From Hydrolagus colliei (lineage: Eukaryota): a stretch of 64,000 nt of DNA. The DNA lies in assembly GCA_035084275.1 (NCBI GenBank), contig CM068745.1, forward strand, positions 87,792,001-87,856,000. The letters run 5' to 3'. Shown here piece after piece: positions 58,601-64,000 of this stretch (position 1 is its first letter; each line of letters starts with the position of its first letter). The translations under genes and the position numbers were made by a program. The notes under the pieces are model-generated. The model made no database searches, had not been told where the DNA came from, and saw nothing but the letters and a program-made list of their open reading frames with translations.

Positions 58601-59748
58601 TATTTAACACATTAATAATCCATCCAAAAAAAACATATAATAAAACCACATGATAAAAATTGGTCATTTCAATCCACAACTGTTTGTGGGGACGCTGCTG
58701 TGCGCAACTGGCTGCCGCCTTTCGCCCACAAAAATACAGTATATTTCACTTTACAATATATTCTGTGAAGCGCTTTGAGACGTCGAAGGTGTGAAAAGCG
58801 CTATATCAAATGCAAGGATTATTGTTATTAGTAGAAATCAATTCAATTTCTGGTATATTCTGTGAAGCGCTTTGAGGCATCTCGAAGACATGATAAGACA
58901 CTATATCAAATGCAAGGATTATTATTAGTAGTAGTATTATCTAGTCTGCATCAACTCTTAGAGCAAGCTATGATTCCCACCATATCCCAGTGAAACAATT
59001 TTTACAACGCCCACTTTCGCTCTACATTCACAAATCATATACTGTACTTGTATTCTTACCTGAAACATGAAATATCCTTTATTATTCTTCATAATTCGGT
59101 AGGTATGTACATTTCGCTTATACCTGAAGATGAAAGGGATATGAGCATAGTGTTATTAGCCACCAGAATTGGCTGAGTTTTAATAGAATTATTTCACAGC
59201 AAATGGAGACAGATTTGGGGATATCAAGAAGACTTTGAAGAACTGCAAAATATCAGCTTTCAAACTAATAGTAAATTTAAGAGCTTATTGTGTTTGTCTC
59301 CCCCCCAACTCCCAACTCCCGCCCTTCACACCATCTCTCCCCCCCACATACTCCTCCTTTCCCCACCATCCATCCACACACAAACACATACACTCTCTCC
59401 TCTCACACATTCCCCACTCCACCCTGCACACACACACACCCTCTCCGCTAACCACCCCTACCCCACCAACCCACACACACACACATACACTCTTCCCTCC
59501 CCACCCCCACCCCAAGTCACAAACATTCCTCACCCGTTTTTAAAAATGAATAACTAGTCATTCTGTGAACAAAATTGTACATTTTGTCACATCGCAACTT
59601 ACAATACGCAGAGGCATAATGCACCAGGAACAGTCTCGCTCTCTCGCAATAAATAGCTCCCCTCTGTGCCTTTCAGTCTGAATAAATCTTCACACTCTGT
59701 TTTGCTGATACATCCATGGAAACATGGCAGTGGTTCTCTGCCTGACAT
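55671..59748 (-). CDS. SH2D1B: SH2D1B/EAT-2-like single-SH2 adaptor: join(59748-59603, 59123-59060, 57031-56878, 55711-55671), 134 aa
   Basis: MSGREPLPCFHGCISKTECEDLFRLKGTEGSYLLRESETVPGALCLCVL|YKRNVHTYRIMKNNKGYFMFQ|VGSNIKEVYFKSLGDLIAHYSKPGQGLVIPLCHPLMNAKDKLTNEEDNDYE|EIDESAYVEVLHS*. All introns GT-AG, phases 2/0/1, with the 64-nt second exon of SAP/EAT-2 genes. C-terminal YVEVL matches EAT-2 YVDVL; Lys sits at the SAP Arg78 position. AATAAA on - near 55350. Confidence 0.9.
57110..57780. mobile_element. Head-to-head pair of tRNA-SINEs (57110-57530 on -, with a Penelope terminus inserted; 57550-57780 on +)
   Basis: Heads ...ctgagctacaggagctcc (57500-57528) and cctgtagctcagtg (57553), about 25 nt apart. 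Confidence 0.8.
58270..58930 (+). mobile_element. Cluster of three tandem SINE copies/tails in SH2D1B-like intron 2
   Basis: Head at 58270; bodies at 58450-58560 and 58650-58830; extra tail at 58855-58930. Confidence 0.8.
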
Positions 59749-61079
59749 TTACTTTGGTTTTATCCAATGTCTCCTAGAACCACATTGGGAATCTTGACAG
59801 ATTACTTCTGGTGGGAATCAGGAAATAAGAGCATCGTATTAACATTATTCATTTAATCAATCATTTAAATGGACTATGATTCCTCTCGGATTTTGTTCCA
59901 CCGACCACATCTGGCGGGGCATTCTATTATCATTTCTGAGCGAAATGTATTTTTTTTCAGAACCCCCACCATTTATTTACATGTCGGCCGACTTAAACCT
60001 CTGCCCTCTGTTTGCTGACTCACCAAACAGTAGAAATTATTTCTCCCTCGTGACTTTTATCAAAACGCTTCCTTCATTATGAAGACCTCTGTCAAGTCAC
60101 CCCTCACCCTTTTCTGTTCCAGCAAGAAAAAAGTCCCACTTCCCCTTGTGTCTGCTCTTAGACTAATTCATAGACCTTGCCTTCTTTTCTCCCCCGGCCC
60201 CATTTCCACGACTGTTTGTGGGACGCTGCTGTGCGCAATTTGGCTGCCGCGTTTCGCCCACAAATATACAGTCAATTCTCCCACTCTCCTTCTCCCTAAC
60301 CCGACCCCTCCTCCACTGCTCTGGTCCCTACCTTTAGGACGTTGTTGTATTCTGTGAAGCGCTTTGAGACGTCGATCAGATGTGGAAAGCGCTATACAAA
60401 TGTAAGTATTACTATTATTATTATTTATAATTCACTCACCCGGTTATCATCTCGTAAATCTATATATCCCTTGATGTCTTTCCTAAAGTGGGATGACCCA
60501 CTAGTCCAATTATGGTCTAATCAACAATTCAGTGCTTTGTTTTCATATTGATATGCCTATTTATAAAACCTGAGATTGAAATTGTTTTCTTTCTGGTAGC
60601 TTTGCTATCATGTACGCGCATTATCCCTGAAATTCCTTTACTACTTCGTTCTGTTTAATATTTTACCAACATTCATCTTGAGTGCACAGGGGCTTCTAAT
60701 TTGACGGCACTGTGTTTAATTGCAATTTTTTTTCTCTACTGCACACACCGGCTCTCGATCAGAAATTCCACCAGCCTCTATTTATTAAGCGTCTGCGAGA
60801 GGCCACAATTTGGCAAATTGTCGAATTCAGTCTTAACTTTCAAGTCAGCTTTCACGAGCTCTTAAAAGCGACTAAGAAAATAAAATGGACTCGTGCATTT
60901 GCTTACAGCCATGCAGCGGCAGCAATTACCGCGCTTCTAAACGTTTTGAGGCATTTTAACATTACTAGGAATATTACGAGGGATGTGTCCTTGGCATCTA
61001 AATCTACACCATCCAATAATGCACACAAGCAGATATTCATTAAAAATTTCATGAAGATATCAGCCAACACACCATACAT

Positions 61080-61290
61080 TTGTTGATAGCAAATCCACAT
61101 TGCCAGGAACATTCATTAAATGATCAATAATGACACCCAGATCCCTTTCCTTGTCCACTTCTGCTGCTGGACTGAGCTTTATAATATATACTGTTTCAAT
61201 AACAATTAGCGTACATTTAAAGTTCATACTTTTATTCTCTCCTATCGTAACTTTGCCAAACTTTAGCCAATACCGGTATTTATCTGTAGC
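61080..61290 (-). mobile_element. CR1 fragment
   Basis: KERDLGVIID motif in ORF 61060-61332. Confidence 0.6.
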
Positions 61291-61304
61291 AGAGGAGTCC
61301 TTAC

Positions 61305-61420
61305 CTTGATCCTGTAGCAAGTAGCAATACAATCGGTGGAAAGCTTAAGAATCCCCGTTATTCAGCTATCAGTATTAATCTGCTTCTGTGTGTCTCGGTA
61401 TTGAGTTAAACAGGAAGTCA
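61305..61420 (-). promoter_or_regulatory. Candidate non-coding first exon/promoter of the SH2D1B-like gene
   Basis: Donor AAG|GTAAGG at 61305 and ETS site CAGGAAGT at 61411-61418. A second ETS-like CAGGAAAT lies near 59819, just upstream of the ATG exon. Confidence 0.35.
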
Positions 61421-62727
61421 AGCAATGGCTAAAGGGTGAAGTCAAATGAATTCGACCTTCGGATCTGATGGAGAGATAAACGTGACCCACAAAGCTAGGC
61501 TAGGCTAGTTTCCTGTAAAAGTCTCTGTCGCGTCTTTGTCATTTTATGTACACCGCACATGAGAAGGCCAGCGACAGGTCTTGTGAGTCTATGAATCACC
61601 TGGATTGGAAACAGACTCGACTAAAAACAAAACATGTTGTAATTAGAAGTTACAGATCCAGACGTCTGCTTGACGTGAGAACACACCCTTTAAAGAATAA
61701 CTTTTTTTAAATCGATCAGCGGTTTAAAAACACTACAGCTCCCACGATAGCTCAGTGGATTGAACAAGTGACTTGCATTGTGTAAGAGATTGTAACAGTC
61801 CCACATCCGCCAATCAACTAACAATCAAGTTCCTACTCACTGCTGGGTAAACAGAGGTGTGTTAAAGCGCTCTGAGACGCCGTCCGGCGTGGAGGGCACT
61901 ATATAAATCGAAGTAGTTGTTGTTGTTGTGTGGAGTAAGGAAACTTGCCTACGGTTTCACCCTGTTCAGGAATCGAACCCGGGTCCTCTCGCTTGAGAGG
62001 CAAGTGCTCTTACCTATATACTACTGTACAAGGACTCCACGAATTAAATTGGTTTAAAATATATGGTTCATACTTGCAAGCCTTAGCAAAAGCATATATA
62101 CATAACGACGAAGCTTCACTTTTATGCCTAGAAAAACTCACCCGGGAGCGGATGAATAATTTCAGTGTGGTTTTGTTTGTTGTGTTAATTATCTGCTCAC
62201 TAAAAAGTATTTGTTCTTTCGATTTTAGCCGTAAGTATGGCTAAAAGTCATTACTACCTGAACAACAAATCCTACTACAGCAGCTTTTATATACGTTGGC
62301 GTTTGCTCAACATTCATGTTCAATTGTACAGATAGAAATCACCCATTGACCAGTTACCATTTATGGTATTTGAGGCAACCTTTCCCTTCATTGCCTTGGT
62401 GAGTTGTTATTGCAATATATAATGTGTGATAATGTATTTAAATTTATTTTGAGTTTGAGGTGTCCACATTTTGCAGAATTGTCAAATCGATTGTCTCCCA
62501 TTTAAGTACCACCAAAAAGATACTCAACTCAGAATGCAAATTGTACAGAAAACAATGTGTTTGGCCTTCCTCACACTGTGGAACTCCCTCCCGCAGCCCC
62601 TCCTCCTCGCTTCCTTCCTGGGTGCTGACGTTTCCTAATCCAATTGTGAATTTCTAGATAACTTTGGTGGGCCTCGGTGAGAAACAGAAGGAAGCTGGCT
62701 CCGTCGGTCTGATGGTTTCAGTTACTT

Positions 62728-63776
62728 TCAGGAAGGGAGCGCTTCTGCGCATTCAGGATCCCCAACTTCTAGATTTAAAAAAACGCAAATACTGTAAATA
62801 ACACAGGCTGCAAGGAGAAATTCACCGTTTACAGGTGACACGGTATTTTAAGATTAAACGGTTTTGCAGACTCAAACTAGGTAGCATTTCAGGTGCGTAA
62901 AAGGTTTCGACATGCTCATAGCTTCACAAAACAAGTTATTTCTTATTTTACGAGACTACTAGATAGATAGATCCCGTAGCTCAGTGGTTAGAGCACTCAC
63001 CTTGCAAGCGAGAGACCTGGGTTCGATTCCAGGCAGGTCAGGGCGAAACCTTGGGCAAGTTTCGTTACTCCACATGCCTGATAACAATCCCTCCGAAAAA
63101 ATAATAATTTGGGTCACTCAATCCACGACTGTTTTGGGGACATTGCTGTGCGCAATTGGCTGCCGCAAAACAACAACAACAAAATGACATGTGTCTTTCG
63201 CGTCCCGTTGAACAGAATCAGTGTTTCCATTGCCAATGCCTCACTCACACCAGGATGACATCCCGAAGAGCTTCACAGGATTGCACCGCAGAGTGTAGTG
63301 ACTGTGTTGGTTTGCAGACAAACGTGGCAGCCACTTGCGCACCGTGGTATGTCGTAAACACACGCGGGTGTGAGCTGAAAGATCCTGGCGTGTGGGGCTC
63401 AAATCCATTGAGAGACAAAATGGTTTGAAAAGAAGGGAGCTGCTAAAAATAGCTGCTTCCCTTCCACTGCTCTTCACCACATCCACCCACAACCACACAC
63501 ACTCTCACACACTCTCACACACACACACGCACTCACACACACACAAACACACGCGCACTATTGCTTTGAAAGTTAGCACATCCAGCCGTGCACAGTGGAA
63601 GGTTTGAAAACCATAAAGTGGAGAACAAACGTGTCAGAATAATTAACCTCTTGTTTGCTCAACTTATCCTTGGCCTTCTTCAGAGGCTGGCGAAAGGAGG
63701 TCAAAAGACCCTTTCCACAGTAAGCAATTAAATCCACAAGGCTTTTGAAGTATATTTCTTTAGAGCTGGATTCGGC
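62728..63776 (-). pseudogene. Exons 3-4 of a tandem SH2D1B-like paralog, probably a pseudogene (63776-~63632; 62768-62728); exons 1-2 would lie beyond the window
   Basis: AESSSKEIYFKSLVDLIAYCGKGLLTSFRQPLKKAKDKLSKQEVNYSD and EVGDPECAEALPS* are colinear with copy 1, as are the flanking introns and 3' UTR. The exon-3 acceptor acag has become aatcg, and the donor GT is removed by a small deletion. Confidence 0.8.
62972..63180 (+). mobile_element. tRNA-SINE in intron 3 of the paralog
   Basis: Intact A and B boxes; anticodon-like stem-loop CTCAC-CTTGCAA-GCGAG (TGC, tRNA-Ala-like). Confidence 0.85.
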
Positions 63777-64000
63777 CGATTGTAAAGATAATCAAACAGA
63801 GTGAGAACGAAGCTGTGCGCAATTGGCTGCCGTGATTCGCCCACAAATATGTATACAGTCAATTCACTTTACAGTGTATTCTGTGAAGCGCTTTGGGACG
63901 TCGATAAACAAGAACATCGTATTGACATTCTTTAATGAATAGACAATTTCAATTGACTGTGTGGTTTCTGAAAATGTATCAAATCCATCCATATACATAT

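Noticed and set aside
55671-59748. Calling the adaptor SH2D1A (SAP) or an INPP5D SH2 fragment
   Set aside because: It lacks Arg78, has the EAT-2-type C-terminal YVxVL, and stops after the tail. SH2D1B is preferred, pending phylogeny.
61305-61350. PIVLLLATGS, resembling SAP KLLLATG or a signal peptide
   Set aside because: There is an in-frame stop just upstream and no ATG; the true coding exon 1 is at 59748-59603.
62972-63050. tRNA-Ala(TGC)-like sequences (also at 1584, 3200, 14772, 57553, 58270, 61740)
   Set aside because: They have no pairing acceptor stem and run directly into the SINE body, so they are SINE heads rather than tRNA genes.

Overview
Eukaryotic, intron-rich vertebrate DNA. 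Its tRNA/Deu-type SINEs, L2, CR1 and Penelope repeats suggest a cartilaginous fish, but the species cannot be fixed from sequence alone. Genes were assembled by hand from splice sites and reading-frame phase. (1) The 3' part of a B7-H6/NCR3LG1-like IgSF gene (C1-set exon plus TM exon, + strand, 208-1349). (2) A complete HHLA2/B7-H7 gene (leader-IgV-IgC-IgV-TM, + strand, 8069-14108, 368 aa). (3) A complete CIP2A gene with 21 coding exons (- strand, 34638-16232, 907 aa), containing a textbook U12-type AT-AC intron. (4) A CpG-rich promoter region, followed by a ~7.2 kb C-rich minisatellite that produces a spurious 2508-aa polyproline ORF. (5) A transposon-dense interval. (6) A complete 4-exon SH2D1B/EAT-2-like adaptor (- strand, 59748-55671, 134 aa) whose tail carries both YEEI and YVEV. 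(7) The last two exons of a decayed tandem paralog that has lost its splice sites and its tail tyrosine motifs. The most interesting signal is a compact NK/lymphocyte-signalling cluster (two B7-family ligands plus tandem EAT-2-like adaptors) around CIP2A, with an unusual EAT-2 tail. Comparisons with human proteins and human gene order are from memory of the families and should be confirmed by alignment.
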